DNA of 64,000 nucleotides, taken from contig NC_086109.1 of assembly GCF_963921235.1 (NCBI RefSeq), forward strand, positions 20,710,001 through 20,774,000, in the 5' to 3' direction. Positions 1 through 12,950 of this stretch are shown piece by piece (within the stretch, counting starts at the first letter, position 1; every line of letters starts with the position of its first letter). The position numbers were made by a program, and so were the translations under genes. This DNA is from Mobula hypostoma. Taxonomy: Eukaryota. Under the pieces are notes generated by a model, which was not told the origin of the DNA, did no database searches, and was given only the letters and a program-made list of their open reading frames with translations.

Positions 1-1113
1 TCCAGCCAACAAAAACAGTAATTTCCATAATATTCCTTTAAGTTCCCTGAATATCTTAAAAGTTTTCAATCGAATTCTCAAAGATACAAGAAATACAACT
101 CACCTCTCAGCCATCCTATATCCCTCTCTTTCCACCACATTCTAAATGCTTTCTCCACCTCTCAGTCCCCACACTCAAATCCACCCCCACTGCTCTCTTC
201 CCTTCTCCCTAAATTCACATCCATCTGCTCCAGACAACAATCCCCTATTCTTCTGTTCCCTTCCCCACTGGTGCCCCCATCCCTACCACACCTTGGCCTC
301 TTCATTCCTCCCAACCACCACCACCACTCTCAGCAGTGACTGCTGTGTGATTTGGCTCCCCTTGATTCAATTGCAACCCAAGGTCGAAAGGCCATTTGGT
401 CCTATCTTGTCATTCAATGAAGAAAATAAACACTTTCTTAATTTATCATTACTGAATCATGAATCGCTAATATTTTTGATTTTAATATCCTATCAGAAAC
501 AAACTTCCAAATAATAATCAGATTTTCTTGACAATCCTCTATGGTCTCTGTAATTGCCCAATTCTGGCTTCTGACAAATTCCTACTTTAAATTTTTCTAT
601 CAGCAGTGGCCCTGCTTTCAGCTACCTGGGCTCAAAGCTCTGAAATATTTTCCTACATAATATATCTCATGTAGGAAAATACCTTGTACGATGGATTTCA
701 AAAACAGATTGATGGTATTTATGCAAAACTGGGACATTTTAATACATCACTGTGAGCTTTGTATTTCTACATTGTTAATGCCATTTCATAGAATCATACA
801 ACATGGGAAGATGCCATTTAGCCCATTAACACAAATGAGTTGTTATTTATTCCAAGTTGGTCTCTAACCACTTTTTGTCTATGTCCATATGTTCTACTAT
901 AATTGCTTGACTTGCTTTAGCGATTCAGAATCTGCTTGTAACATTCTATTGTTATGGATACAAACTAGTATCATTGTATGACAAGTTTCTACTCACAAGA
1001 AGAAATAAATAATTAAAACCCAAGACAGCATTACTCACATTTTCAGCAGCCAGGATATCTACAACTGATCAATATCCCACTGTATTCTTTGCCAGTCTTT
1101 GATACCATCCACA

Positions 1114-2597
1114 ACCCCGCTTTTCGAACGTTCGCTTTACGAAACCTCACTGTTATGAAAGACCCACATTAGTACCCTGTTTTCACTTTCAGAAGGTGAT
1201 TTCACTATTACGAAGAGAGGCAGCTCACGATAAAAAATCAGCACGATAAAAGGCAGCGCGCGCCCCGAGCAGCCGCTCTGCCCCGGATTCGGAACGGCAT
1301 TGCTGAAACACGTTGCATTGAGCGGCCGTTAGCAAGATGAGTTCTAAGGTGTCGGAAAAGCCTGAAAGAGTAAGGGTGTTACACTTAGCATAAAACTAGA
1401 CATAATTAAGCATTTCTATCGTGGTGAATGAAGCAAGGACAAAGTGAGTTAGGCTTGTGGAAGTTGACGAAGATGATGTTGAAGAGGTTTTAGCATCCCA
1501 TGACCAAGAACTGATAGATGAAGAGTTGATGCAATTGGAAGAGGAAAGGATAACAATTGAAACTGAATGCAGAAAGTGAAGCAACTGCGTGAGATTTTCG
1601 CTGCAATGATAAAGTACGACTTTAATTTTGAAAGGGTACGTAGGTTTAGGGGATATTTGCAGGATGGTTTGAGTGCTTACAAACAACTGTATGATAGAAA
1701 AATGCGCGAGGCTCAGCAGTCAAGCAAGCCTTCCACATCAGCCACAGCAGACGACGAACCTCAACTTTCAACATCGAGGCGGGCAGTCATAGGAGAAGAT
1801 GAGCTGCCTGCCCTGATCGACGATGAGATGACACCCCCGTGTCCCACCACCCCAACACCCGGGCCCCGGACGATACTCTACCAATTCGCAAAGAACGCAG
1901 TGGTAGCCAGGAGGCACACAGCACATCTTTAAGAAAAAAGCTGAAATAAACATGCTAATTAATTAGGTGCCGCCTAGCACGTAATTGTCGGCCCAGATCA
2001 GAGGCGATGCAATCGGCAAACCGCTGCGTTCTTCGCGGCAATGTATCGGGTCGGCGGCCCGGAGGATGGGGGCCACTGCACCACCCAGCCTGCAACGACT
2101 CAGTCTAACACACCATGATCAGTGTGCTCGGCGCTGTTTTCCCAATTCTGGTAAGTGATACTACACTGTACATACAATATTTCTACTTTATATCGGCTGT
2201 GTATTTTTACGTGTTATTTGGTAGATTTGGCAGCTTCATAGTTTAAGGGTTACTGGAGAGCGCGTTTATGCCAACAGCGTTTGCGTGAGATTTTCTGCCG
2301 AGCGCGCTTGTGTGAGATTTTCGCTACGGAGATCTGTGCAGGCAATCATTGTAGAGAAGTATTTCTACTTTATATAGGCTGTGTATTTATCATATCATTC
2401 CTGCTTTTACTATATGTTACTGTTATTTTAGGTTTAATGTGTTATTTGGCATGATTTGGTAGGTTATTTTTGGGTCTGCGAACGCTCGCAAATTTTTTCC
2501 ATATAAATAAATGGTAATTGCTTCTTCGCTTTATGACATTCCAGCTTACGAACCGTTTCATAGGAACGCTCTACCTTCGGATGGCGGGGGAAACCTG
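1114..2597 (+). mobile_element. Internally deleted Tigger/pogo-like (Tc1-mariner superfamily) DNA transposon
   Basis: The right end ...GGCGGGGGAAACCTG is followed by TA; the left end (CCCCGCTTTTCG) is degraded. Coding remnants are a CENP-B-type HTH start (MSSKVSEKP... at 1337) joined directly to an acidic TIGD-like C-terminus (EVDEDDVEEVLASHDQELIDEELMQLEEE; YKQLYDRK). The DDE domain is missing. Confidence 0.75.
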
Positions 2598-2824
2598 TAC
2601 AGCCAAATGAAACAACGTTGCTCTGGGCCAAGGTGCACAGCACAGTATATATAACTCACACAAAGTAATATTACCATAAATAAATTAACGAAAGTGTTCC
2701 AGAAGATTAACATTTAGCATAAAGTGCATTTACAACACAAGTTAAAAAAAATACTATAATGCACTTCATAAGTGATGAGACCTGTATGGTGGCAGGGAGT
2801 TCGGTAGTTTCACGGCCTGGTGAA

Positions 2825-3785
2825 GTTTATATACATCACAAACAGCAGTGTTCCCAGTACTGATCCCTTTGGAACACCACTGATCACAGACCTGCAGTTA
2901 GAATAGGTCTCTTTGACCATTGCCCTGTCTTCTATAGGCAAGCCAATTCTTTATCTAAATGGCCAATTCACCATGGATACCACGCAGTTTAATCTTCTGG
3001 ATGAGCCTCCCATAAAGAACCTTGTCAAACACCTTACTAAAATCCAGGTAGACAACATCCACAGCTCTACTATCATCAATCATCCTCGTTCAATCAAGTT
3101 AGTAAGACACAACTTGTCCCACACAAAGCCATGCTGGTTCTCACTCGCAGGGCCATGGTTTCCCAAATGCTCACAAATCCCATTCCTCAGAATACTCTCC
3201 AGTAACTTCCCTGCCACTGACATGAGACTCATTGGTCTATGGTTTCCAGGAGTATATCTGGTTCCAGTTTTGAATAATGAACAAAATTAGCTACTCACCA
3301 GTCCATCAGGGCCTCAACTGTGGCTAGAGAGGACACAAACATATTGGCCAAGGCCCCAGCAATCTCATCCCTTGCCTCTCCTAACAACCTGGGGTATACC
3401 CCAACAAGCCTTAGAAATTATCCACCTTCACAACACGCTGGAGGAACTCAGCATGTCCGGCAGCATTCGTGGAAAAGATCGGTCGACGTTTCGGGCCGGA
3501 ACCCTTCGTCAGAACTGTAGAGAGAAGGGGCAGAGGCCCTATGAAGAAGGTGGGTGTCGTGAGTGTTGCTTTGACCCCAGCATCTGCGGAGTATTTTGTG
3601 AATTATCCACCTTAATGCTCTTTAAGAGACCCAACACTATCTCCTCTTTTACCTCGAAATGCCCTAGCATATCAATATGTTCAGCACTGATCTCTCTATC
3701 CCCCACATCCTTCTCCTTAGTAAATACTGATGTAAAGTATTCATTAAGGACTTCACCCACATCCTCGGTATCCAAGCAAAAAGAA
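2825..3785 (-). mobile_element. CR1 LINE RT fragment, interrupted by a Penelope-derived insertion at 3429-3600
   Basis: Minus-strand remnants such as EVLNEYFTSVFTKE and QHGFV. Confidence 0.85.
3429..3600 (-). mobile_element. Short Penelope-derived insertion with a hammerhead motif and an inverted tail
   Basis: Perfect 13-bp TSD AATTATCCACCTT at 3416-3428 and 3601-3613; minus-strand CTGACGA AGGG TTCCGG CCC GAAACGTC at 3481-3517. Confidence 0.85.
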
Positions 3786-3844
3786 AGAAAAAGTTGCTGA
3801 GATCAAAAATTTTAACATCCAACAGTTTTCAAACAACTCCAGGA

Positions 3845-4400
3845 GTTTGCTTTTTATTGACTACAGTTCTGCCTTAAATGCCATACTCCAAAAGTTGACC
3901 ATTAGCAACACAATCTGGGACTCAATACATCAATTTGCAACTGGATTCTGGACTTTCTTACTAATCGCACCTAGGCAGTCAGAACAGGCAAGTGCATATC
4001 AACCTCCCTAACCCTGAACACCAGTGCACTGCAGAGATGTGTACTGAACCCACTCCTTTACACTCTTTTCACCCATGACTGTGCCCCTCCTGTGCCACCA
4101 ACTCTATCAAATTTGCAGATGAAACCACAGTGATTGGATTAGTCACGAACAATAATGAAACAGCATAGAGAGAGGAGATGTAGAAACTGTATGAATGGTA
4201 CAATAACCATATCCTTTCACTCAACAGCAAAAAACCAAAGAAATTGTTATGGACTTCAGGAAAATAAGGTGGCATGAACAAGGTCCACTACTTATAAATG
4301 GTGAAGCAGTAGAAAGGGTCTCCAGCTTTAAGTTCTTGAGAGTGAACATCATAAAGGAGCTCCTTGACCACCAACACCTCCATGATCATAGGGAAAGTCC
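3845..4400 (+). mobile_element. Rex1/Babar-like LINE RT fragment
   Basis: Remnants of [16 protein letters not shown] and IKFADETTV. Confidence 0.7.
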
Positions 4401-4709
4401 CAGGTTCAATTCTTGATGCTATTTCACATTTAGTAATTGTATTTTATGACATGGGCATATGCAATACTTGAATGGGGCAGCCACTGTTGCTTTTAATTTT
4501 AGACATGTTTGTTTTTAATTCAGTCATTCTAAATAACTCAGATATTATTTTAAACTTAATCATTACTTCTTTAGTAATTGAATTGCCAGCTTTGCACTGC
4601 ATGGAGTGGCACTATAATGTTATCGTCTTCAGCAATGACAATAAAACTCTAACTACATACTACAGGTCATTGAGATAAAATACAGATGGCGGTATTTTAA
4701 GTTAGAGCA

Positions 4710-5150
4710 ACAGCCTGTACACATCCATTTTCCAATAAGTATGCAGTCTGCCTCATGACAATGTATCTCAATCTGCCTTTATTCCAGTAATATTGTGTGC
4801 CAGTGCCCACCCATGATCCAGTGACATTGCACCCAATTACCTAGCTGTATTTTTAGAAGCAGTGTGTACAACAGCTCCACATACTCCAGCAAGCTTTAAT
4901 CTATACAAGTTGGACCAGTGACTACTTATACTCTAGTGAAAGCGTACAGGTGTTTCAATACTTCTATGACAATGCATGCCAATGCCTGACTACATCCCAA
5001 TGACAATGTTCACCAGTATCTTCCCATCTTCCAGTGACAACATGTGGAACTGCCTGCCCATGTTTTTGTGGCAGTCAGCTAGTGTCTGTCTTAGTAGTTT
5101 CAGTGTGTGAGTGTCTGTCTTTATTCATGTGTCAGACTGGCTACATGAGA
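4710..5150. repeat. Highly degenerate ~35-bp tandem array (TCCAGTGACA core)
   Basis: A TCCAGTGACAnTG...CCAGT-like motif recurs at about 35-bp spacing. Confidence 0.55.
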
Positions 5151-5689
5151 ATGAGTAAGAGATCCAAAGGTTAATTGACCTTAAACTAGCTGATTGCCAC
5201 ATAGTATTCTTGGACTGGAAGCTTCATTATGTCTCAAGAGGAAAGTAACAGCTCTATAGGTCCAAAAGAAGACCCACAACCCAAAGAACAGACGATGGGT
5301 GGAAAGTGCACTGGAGATCCTGCAACTTGTTTACATCCATAGCACGTGCAGATGCTTCAGTGCTAAGAGCAATAATAATTCATACACCTGGGGAGCCACT
5401 TACGTTATAGAAGAGAATAGAAGTGAATGCATGAAGGACAGAGAGGCAGTCAGCATACACTTGAAAAATACCTCATCTTTGAATAAATGCCCTTGATTCT
5501 ATTCCAAAGCAAATATCTTGTCCAGCATCTCTGACACGTGATCAGAATTCATTAAGGCTACAGGCCAACTAAGAATAAGCAGTTTCACTACTGAAGTTCT
5601 AAAATCTGACAGAAACAAATTAAAGTCACAAATTCACAACATCTTCTTCATATCTTAGAAGGGCATCATCTTGACTGTCTTCAAGAAAA

Positions 5690-7250
5690 GAGACAACCAT
5701 AATCATTGCAATTGCAAAAGGCTCTTTATGTGGCCCATGATAGAGAAAGTATCATGAGGATCTTCTTCAATCATCTGTCCTCATGGCAGAACGGTGACTC
5801 TGCTCTCTGAATTGTGCTGAGACGACACAATAAATTTAAACTCCAACAGAAATGCAGGAACAGTATCAATGACTAATTGTGGATCATTAAAACTTTTGAT
5901 TTCAACAATCCTTCACAAATTGGCAGTTCACATAAATTTGTTTCCACTTTACATCTGCTTCAAGATGTGATGTGATCTTCACCAACAGGTCCACAGTAGA
6001 CTCAAACAGTGTAGGTTAGTGTTGATCAAGACTGCATCAATATCGCAATTCTTTTAGAATTGACTTTAAGGTTCTCTTACTTGTTTTTCAAGCTCTCTAT
6101 GGTCTGGGACAGAAGTACATCACAGAATCATTTTCGTTTTATAATCCTGCTCAAGTTCTCAGGTCTTCCTCTGCCAGTCTCTTAAATTTAAACAGTCTTC
6201 CTCAAAAGATAATTGACAGGCCAGCATTTTTTGAATTACACTCCTAAACGGTGGAACTCAATACCTAAAACTATAAGGAATGCAGACTCAGTCGACACTT
6301 AAACACCAGCTGAAAACCTATTTATTTAACTTTCCTTTTAATAACAATTTTTTTTGCCTTTTATTTTCATTGTTGCACTTAACCCCATTGTAATGCACTT
6401 CGAACTACATCATCTATATGAAGTGTTCTGCAAGTTAGTATCATTATTAATATTTTCCTCAATCTTTCTCCCAATTATGCAGCTCAACTCCAGAGATATT
6501 CCTGCTAGGCTGGAACTAATCTACAGGACAAATGGTAGGCTTCAACCTATCTTTCCTCCATACGTGAACCAAGACTGCCATAATTAAAGTCAATGCACTG
6601 CAGTACATTCACGCTTAGAGGCCAAATACCAAATTAACATCCACTTCTTTACTGAGGCATTTGAGAGGAATTGCCTTCCTATTAAAATCCACAAAATTCC
6701 TACTGCCAACCTGCCATCATCCTCCAACAATAAAGTCGATGACGAGATCAGTTTCTAAACCTTGGCAGCCATGCCACAATGAAAATGCAGATGATGAAAA
6801 TCATCAGTCCTTCCAATGTGTCCCATAGCCTTCCAAAGGAAAATGTGTTTCAAAATGACTACCTTAAACTTTGCATAAACCTTATCAGCTATCAAGCTGC
6901 TGTGATCCCTGCTTTCCTAATGCTTTAAGACCACTGGAGGCACCTCATTGAAGAGGAATGGTATCAATAGCACTACCTCAACAAAACCCATTGGCAGGAT
7001 AAGGATGTTGGGGTCAATGATGCTGCAATTACACTCAACTGGTCCTAGTGTCCATTCCATGTTGTTTGCATACCTAACAACTAACAATCAAACTGCAGTG
7101 AGGCTGGAAATAGATTACTAGATGACCAAGGAGAACAATTCAAGGATGTTCTAAAAGCCTGCTTGAAAATATGTAATATCCAAACTGACCTGTGGGAATC
7201 CCTGGCTCATGTCTGCTCAAAATAAAGGACAAGCATTTGGGAAGGGTTGG
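5690..7250. mobile_element. Old RTE-type LINE fragments
   Basis: Degraded RT and C-terminal RTE-like segments on both strands; boundaries are approximate. Confidence 0.45.
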
Positions 7251-7302
7251 ACCTAGGTTTAAAGTGAGAGGGGAAAGATTTAAAGAAGACCCGATAGGGT
7301 AA

Positions 7303-7560
7303 CGCACACCAAATGCTGGAGGAGCTCAGCAGGTCAGGGAGCATTTATTGCGAGGAATACAGTGTCCATGTTTCACACAAAGACCGTTCATCAGGACTGA
7401 AAAGGAAGAAGGAAGGTGGCAGAATAAGAGTGGGGGAGGGGGGGGATGGAGTACAAGCTGGCAGGTTATAGGTGAAGCCAGGTGAGGAGGACAGTAGCTG
7501 GATGGGGGATGGAGGATGAAGTGAAAAGCTGGCAGGTGATAGAAGGAAAAGATAGGGAAG
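7303..7560 (-). mobile_element. Decayed Penelope terminal segment
   Basis: Shares the CACACnAAATGCTGGAGGAnCTCAGCAGG...TTCATCAGGACTGA motif and the purine-rich tract of the younger copies. Confidence 0.7.
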
Positions 7561-8039
7561 GAGTGGCTCAGTGCGTCGAAACTGGTGGCCTCAAAAATGG
7601 AGCTGGAAGCCATGTGGAACAAGAGAGCGACAGAGACAGAGTCAGAGAAGGACACATGGCTGTGGTATCAAACCTGGGTAAGCACATGGATGGGTTTGTG
7701 GAATGAACTGCTGGATGAATCATAGACTCTCTGAGAATCCAAGTCCATTTGTTGGGAATGCACAAACACCCTACATAAACAACAGATGGTCCTCACCACC
7801 ACCCAAACTTTCTATTTGCCCGATGCACCAGCAAGTATTGCAAAACCTGTGACAAACACTGCAGACCCACTTTGGTTCCTTTAGCCACCTCAGAGCACAT
7901 AGACATAGGTGAGTAAGTCATTTTCAATGCTCAGTCACTAAGTGGGCCAGTGAGTTTAAGTTAGTGTACACTGTTTCAATATTACAATGACCCTGTGCAC
8001 TGCAGATGTCTATATCATATTGCACTTGTGCACCATGTC

Positions 8040-8560
8040 AGCTTTTAATCCAATGACAGCAAGTGCCAGTGGCTACTGAGATCCTGGAGAGAACAAATGC
8101 CAATGGCAGCATATTGCCAATGCCTGTTCAGATCCCTATGACAGCATGCATCCAGATTACAGTGGTAGCATGCACACATGTCCCTGCAAAAGCAAGTGCC
8201 TGTGCATGCACAGCACAGTATTAGCCCGTGGCTGCCTAGATCTCTTTGATAGCAAGGGATGGTGCTTTCATGAGCCTGTATCAGCATGTGCCAATGTCCA
8301 TCTAATCCCTGCAACAGTGTGCCAGTACTCACTCAGATCATAGAGAATGTGCTAATACGTTCCCAGATCTCAGTGACAGCATATGCCAGTGTCTGCGCTT
8401 ATCCCAGAGTGTATGTCATTGTATACCAGATCCCTGTGACAGTGTGTGCTACTGGTTGCTCATTGAGGAGTCAGTAGCCATGTGTACTCGTGCCGGCCAG
8501 CATCCCAGTGACAGTGCGCGCCACTGCCCGGCCAGCATCTCAGTGACAGTGTTTGGCACA
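8040..8560. repeat. Degenerate ~35-bp tandem array at the start of ST7L intron 1
   Basis: CAGCATCCCAGTGACAGTG at 8498 and CAGCATCTCAGTGACAGTG at 8533 (period 35), with more decayed copies leftward. Confidence 0.75.
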
Positions 8561-8990
8561 ACTTGCCTAGATTTCCGGGGTGGATGAGACAATGGACGCA
8601 TCAGGGCTGTCAGCCGCTGGATTGGGAGACCGGTCCCCGACGCAACAAGCGGGCGGACAGGAGTGCCGGTGCCGGATGGTTCTGTCTGTGTGAACTGCGG
8701 CGGGGAGGACCGGACAGGAGTGGGGATGTGGCCAGCCGCTTACCTGCGCTGAGATTCTCGTGCAGTTTGAGCGGTGCCCGCAGGATGTAGAGAAGGCCAA
8801 ACACCAAAACAAACCAGAGTGCCCACAAATAGGTCCAAGACCAACTGACGCATCGCTTCAGTCGCTCAACAAATCCAGCCGAACCCCCTTCCGCCATATT
8901 TATCCGATTAGCCTAAAGGATTGTGGGATGCAGGAGGAGTCCTCCCCAACAGGCAGCGGTAAACTTCCACGCTGTCTTGATGGGTGTGGG
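8480..8990. promoter_or_regulatory. CpG island / promoter region of ST7L, with a YY1 consensus CCGCCATATT overlapping the start codon (8891-8900)
   Basis: Locally GC-rich and CpG-rich around exon 1, in an otherwise CpG-depleted window; exact match to CCGCCATNTT. Confidence 0.7.
8744..8897 (-). CDS. ST7L: First coding exon of an ST7-family gene (suppression of tumorigenicity 7-like); the remaining exons lie beyond the window start
   Basis: Translates to [51 protein letters not shown] plus one G, followed by a GTAAGC donor (phase 1). It resembles the recalled human ST7 (WSWTYLW...YILRVPLKINDNLS) and ST7L (GLLYALRIPLRLCENLAA) N-termini. ST7L is preferred over ST7 because the gene is head-to-head with a CAPZA gene. 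Exon 2 (FLNxLTPKFYVALTG) was not found in the window. Confidence 0.88.
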
Positions 8991-10434
8991 AGAACACTAT
9001 CCTTTGACAAATGTCCTGATCATGTACTTTCAGACAAAATGCGTCTTTTAGATCTTTCTGGTATTTAAAGTTTTAAAGGGCTGAATTGCAGTTAGGAAAT
9101 TCAGGCTCAGGATTTCAAAGTAACACAGTACCTGATCTGAACGCAGCACAACTTGAGCAACTTCCTTCTGACTACTGCTCCTGTACTAGTTCCAGCTACT
9201 AAAGCTGAATCAATTTCGCTCTATTTCGACTGTCTTGACTTCTCTGAGAATATAGGTTTAAGCCCGAGCTGATGGAAGCACCCTTCGAATTTGGATTCTT
9301 GTCGTGACACGTTTGGGGGAAGTGTTTTCTTGAGGATGAGAATATTAAAATTGAATCTCCCTTGTCGGATCTTAGCTATCTCACAATATAGTTTAGTATT
9401 CTAGAAAGAACAAATGAAACGTGTTTACTGCTAGGTACCGTATATGGATACAGACTTTACTTGTAATTGTGTATTGGGAATCGTAGAGAACTGTTAACTT
9501 TATTTTGTTCAATAAGCGCTAACCTGCACGAGTGCATACGCTATATATTTAAATACACTGCTATTTACCCTTTTTGAATAGAGTTATTCACCTCAGATTT
9601 ATAGATTTAACCGGTTCACGTGTTCTAACTGTTTGATCAAGGGAACGTGTTAGTATTGAAACCACTTGTTGATTCGGGTCTGTAGAACGCTGTGTTGTTC
9701 CCCTTCCATGCTTTCCGATTATTGAGTTGTGTTTTTTTTTGTAGGAATTATCTTTTGCTTTTTTTTAATCTTTTACTTATTCGAGGGATGTGGTTTACGG
9801 TCAAGAATTTCTTCTCTGTCGCACCCAAAGTTGTTCTACTGTTTATCTGATCCTGCTCTTCTCTGCCAGAGTTGTGTCGGATCCTTATCTAAGACCAAAA
9901 TAAAAACAAAAAAAAAACTAGAGCAGATACAGTGAGAAACAGCCAACGTTTAAGGTTGATGACCTTTCAGCAGTTTGGGGGGCAATTCCCTACACTGTTT
10001 ATCAGATACATCTTGTCCATGGGAGGTCTGTATCCGGCTCCTCATACAAACCTCCCATGGACAAGATGTATCTGTGAGAAGCTGAATACAGACCTTCCAT
10101 GGACAAGATTCACGGTTACCACAAAGGCCAGGAGCAATGACACAGGGGGCTGCAATTTCACACAGCGGCCAACTTCTCCATGGATGTAACATTGTCTATG
10201 CAAGTTTACTCTTGTGCGTTTTGATTTACTGCAGCTTTGATGTGAAGAGGTTGAGACTTCTCGCCATTCAGAGCAGCTGCTGGTTACAACCGAAGTGGTC
10301 TGCAGCAAAATTCTCAATACATCCGACCCAAGCTATCTCAACCCAGTCTTTGGCTGCATTACTAATCATTCTGCAATGTGACTATTACTTTAACTTCATC
10401 TCCAGCCCTTTGTCAACCCCTTCCCGGCGCCTTT

Positions 10435-10815
10435 TTTACCGGCTGGGTGGAGATATATCTCTACAAAGGAGGTGAAAGGCGTTCGTTCCCTCCACTAGCC
10501 TGCAGATCACCCTTGGGCGAGGTCTAGCACCTACTTAGCCCCCTGATCAGGGTGATGTGAAGCCATGGGAGCAGGTGGCGGATGGTCGTAGGAGCAGCCG
10601 GTGCATATCACAAGTCCTGGTTATGCGACCACTGACGCCAGGCAGACAATCTCTGAAGAGTATTGATCATAGCTGAGGCCATTCATCTTGTAAAGACACT
10701 GTCCAGAAGAAGGTAATGGCAAACCACTTCTGTAGGAAAATTTGCCAGGAACAATCATGGTAATAGATCATGATCGCCCACATCATAGGACACGGCACAT
10801 AATGGTGATGATGAT
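10435..10815 (+). mobile_element. Non-autonomous RTE/BovB-related SINE-like element
   Basis: The 3' part has GAAGAAGGTAATGGCAAACCACTTC, resembling the BovB/RTE tail motif, and ends in a short (TGA)n repeat. Confidence 0.55.
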
Positions 10816-11069
10816 TTCTCATTTACCTTTCAGTCCAGATGAAGAGTCTCAATCGGAGACATTAACCGTCCATTTCCCTCCGTGGATGCTGCTCAACCTA
10901 CAGAGTTCTTCCAGCTCTTTGTTGCTGCAGATGCCTCTTGTGTCTTGTGCCTCCGAGTCGCTTTAACTTATTACAGTGACTTGAGGAGACACATATACGA
11001 AAATAACATATAAGATATGGGTAATTTTACAGATTTGTGAAAAATAAACATGATGACTTACCACACACC

Positions 11070-11430
11070 TTGCATTGTGTCGTCAACATGCCTTTGACTG
11101 CAGGTGTGAAACTTGGTGCCATTTATTACATCTGATGTAACCAGTGCCTCCTCTACATTGTTAGATCGAAGGCAGACTGGGGAATCACTTTGTCAAGCAC
11201 TTTACACTCTCTATTAAAAGACAGGATCTCCCAATTCTCAGCCATTTTAATGTCACTTCCCATTCCCACAATGCCATGACCTCATCAAGTGCTAAACTGA
11301 GGATAGACACAGATTAGAGAAACAGCACCTCATATTCCACCTTGTGGTCTCCAACCCGAAGACACAAACATAAATTTCTCTAATTTCTAGTATCTACTCC
11401 CCTCTAAACTCTTTTTTTTCTCTTATACCA
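11070..11430 (+). mobile_element. Old Penelope GIY-YIG endonuclease remnant
   Basis: Decayed homolog of 31410-31720; the 3' part appears to resume at about 12955-13050, after the intervening LINE. Confidence 0.65.
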
Positions 11431-11464
11431 CCACCCAGTGTTGAAAGGTTGGTGGGGGAACAGA

Positions 11465-12950
11465 CTGAGAGACGCACCCGCTTCAAGCAGGTTTCATTTA
11501 TACCAGTGCCTAAGCAGAACGTGGTAACCAGCCTCAATGACTATCGTCCAAAGCACTTACATCTTTACTCTAATGAAGTGCTTTGAGAGGTTGTTAATGA
11601 AATATATCAACTCCTGCTTGAGAAGTATATTGGATCTGCTCCAATTCACCTACTGACACACCAGGTCCACAGCAGCCATTTCATTGGCTCTTCACTCAAT
11701 CCTGGGAACATCTGGACAGCAAAGAGGCATACAGCTCGGCATTCAATACCATCACCCCCTTAAAACTAATCAACAAGCTTCAAGAACACGGCCTCAATAC
11801 TTCCTTGTGCAATTGGATCCTTGATTTCCTCTCTTGCAGACTCCTGTCAGTTTGGATTGCCAACAACATCTCCTCCACAATCTCCATCAGCACAGGTGCA
11901 CCATAAGGCTGTGTGCTTAGTCCCCTGCTCTGCTCGCTTTATACTTATGACTGAGGCTAAATACAGTTCCAATGCCATATTTAAGTTTGCTGATGCCAGC
12001 ACTGTCATTGGGATGAATCAGCGGTGATGATGAATCAGCTTTTAGGAAGGAGAATGAAAATCTGGCTGAGTGGTGCCACAACAACTCAATGTCAGCAAGA
12101 CCAAGGAGCTGATTGTTGACTTGAGGAGGAGGAAACCAGAGGTGCATGAACCAGTTCTCATTAGCAGATCAGACATGCACAGAGTCAGCAGCTGTAAATT
12201 CCTTAATGTTATCATTTCAGAGGATCTGTCCTGAGCCCAACTCATAAATGCAATTATGAAGAAAGCACGGCAGTACCTCTACCTCTTTAGGAGTTCGCAT
12301 GACATCTAAAACTTTGACAAACCTCTTTAGATGTGTAGTGGCAAGTATGTTGACTGGTTGCATCATGAACTGGTATGGAAACACCAAAGCCTTTGAATGG
12401 AATATCCTACAAAAAGTAGTGGAAACAGACCATGGATAAAGCCCTCCCCACCTCTGAGCACATTTAAATGGAGTGCTATCACAGGAAAACAGCATCCATC
12501 ATCAAGGACATCCACTACTCAGGCAATACTCTCTTCTTGCTACTGCCATCAGGAAGATAATACCCACACAACCAGATTCAAGAGCGGTTGTTACCCCTCA
12601 ACCATCAGGCTCTTGAACCAGAAGGAATAAATTCATTCACCCCAAAACTGAAATGTTCCTACAACATTTGGACTCACTTTCAAGGACTCCTCATCTCATG
12701 TTCTTCATATGTATCGCTTATTTATTATGATTATTATTATTATTATTATTACTATTATATCTTTTTTTCTTTAGTATTTGAATTTGTTTTCTTTGGCACC
12801 ATGGTTGTTGTCAATCCTGTTGGGTGTGGTCTTTCATTGATCTTATTATGTTTCCTGGATTTACTTAGTATGCCTGCAAGAAAATAAATCTCAGCATTGT
12901 ATATGGTGACATGTGCGTACTTTGATAGTAAGTTTACTTCGAATTTTGAA
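11465..12950 (+). mobile_element. Rex1/Babar-like LINE, 3' half, with a (TAT)n microsatellite at about 12723-12760
   Basis: Remnants of LNDYRP, MKCFERL and IFKFAD; the 3' end AGTAAGTTTACTTCGAATTTTGAA matches the other copies. Confidence 0.8.

Noticed and set aside
1030..1100. ST7L exon 2 candidate ending at a minus-strand GTGAGT
   Set aside because: It translates like a CR1 RT remnant (QWDIDQL*), not FLNxLTPKFYVALTG.
8610..8743. Continuation of the 95-aa ORF past ENLSA ([10 protein letters not shown]...)
   Set aside because: This is read-through into intron 1; homology ends at the GTAAGC donor.
10435..10545. HDV-like ribozyme at the 5' end of RTE-related elements (also 24040-24190)
   Set aside because: Hairpins are present, but I could not fold a nested double pseudoknot with a proper L3/P1.1 by eye; an RNAMotif or Infernal search is needed.
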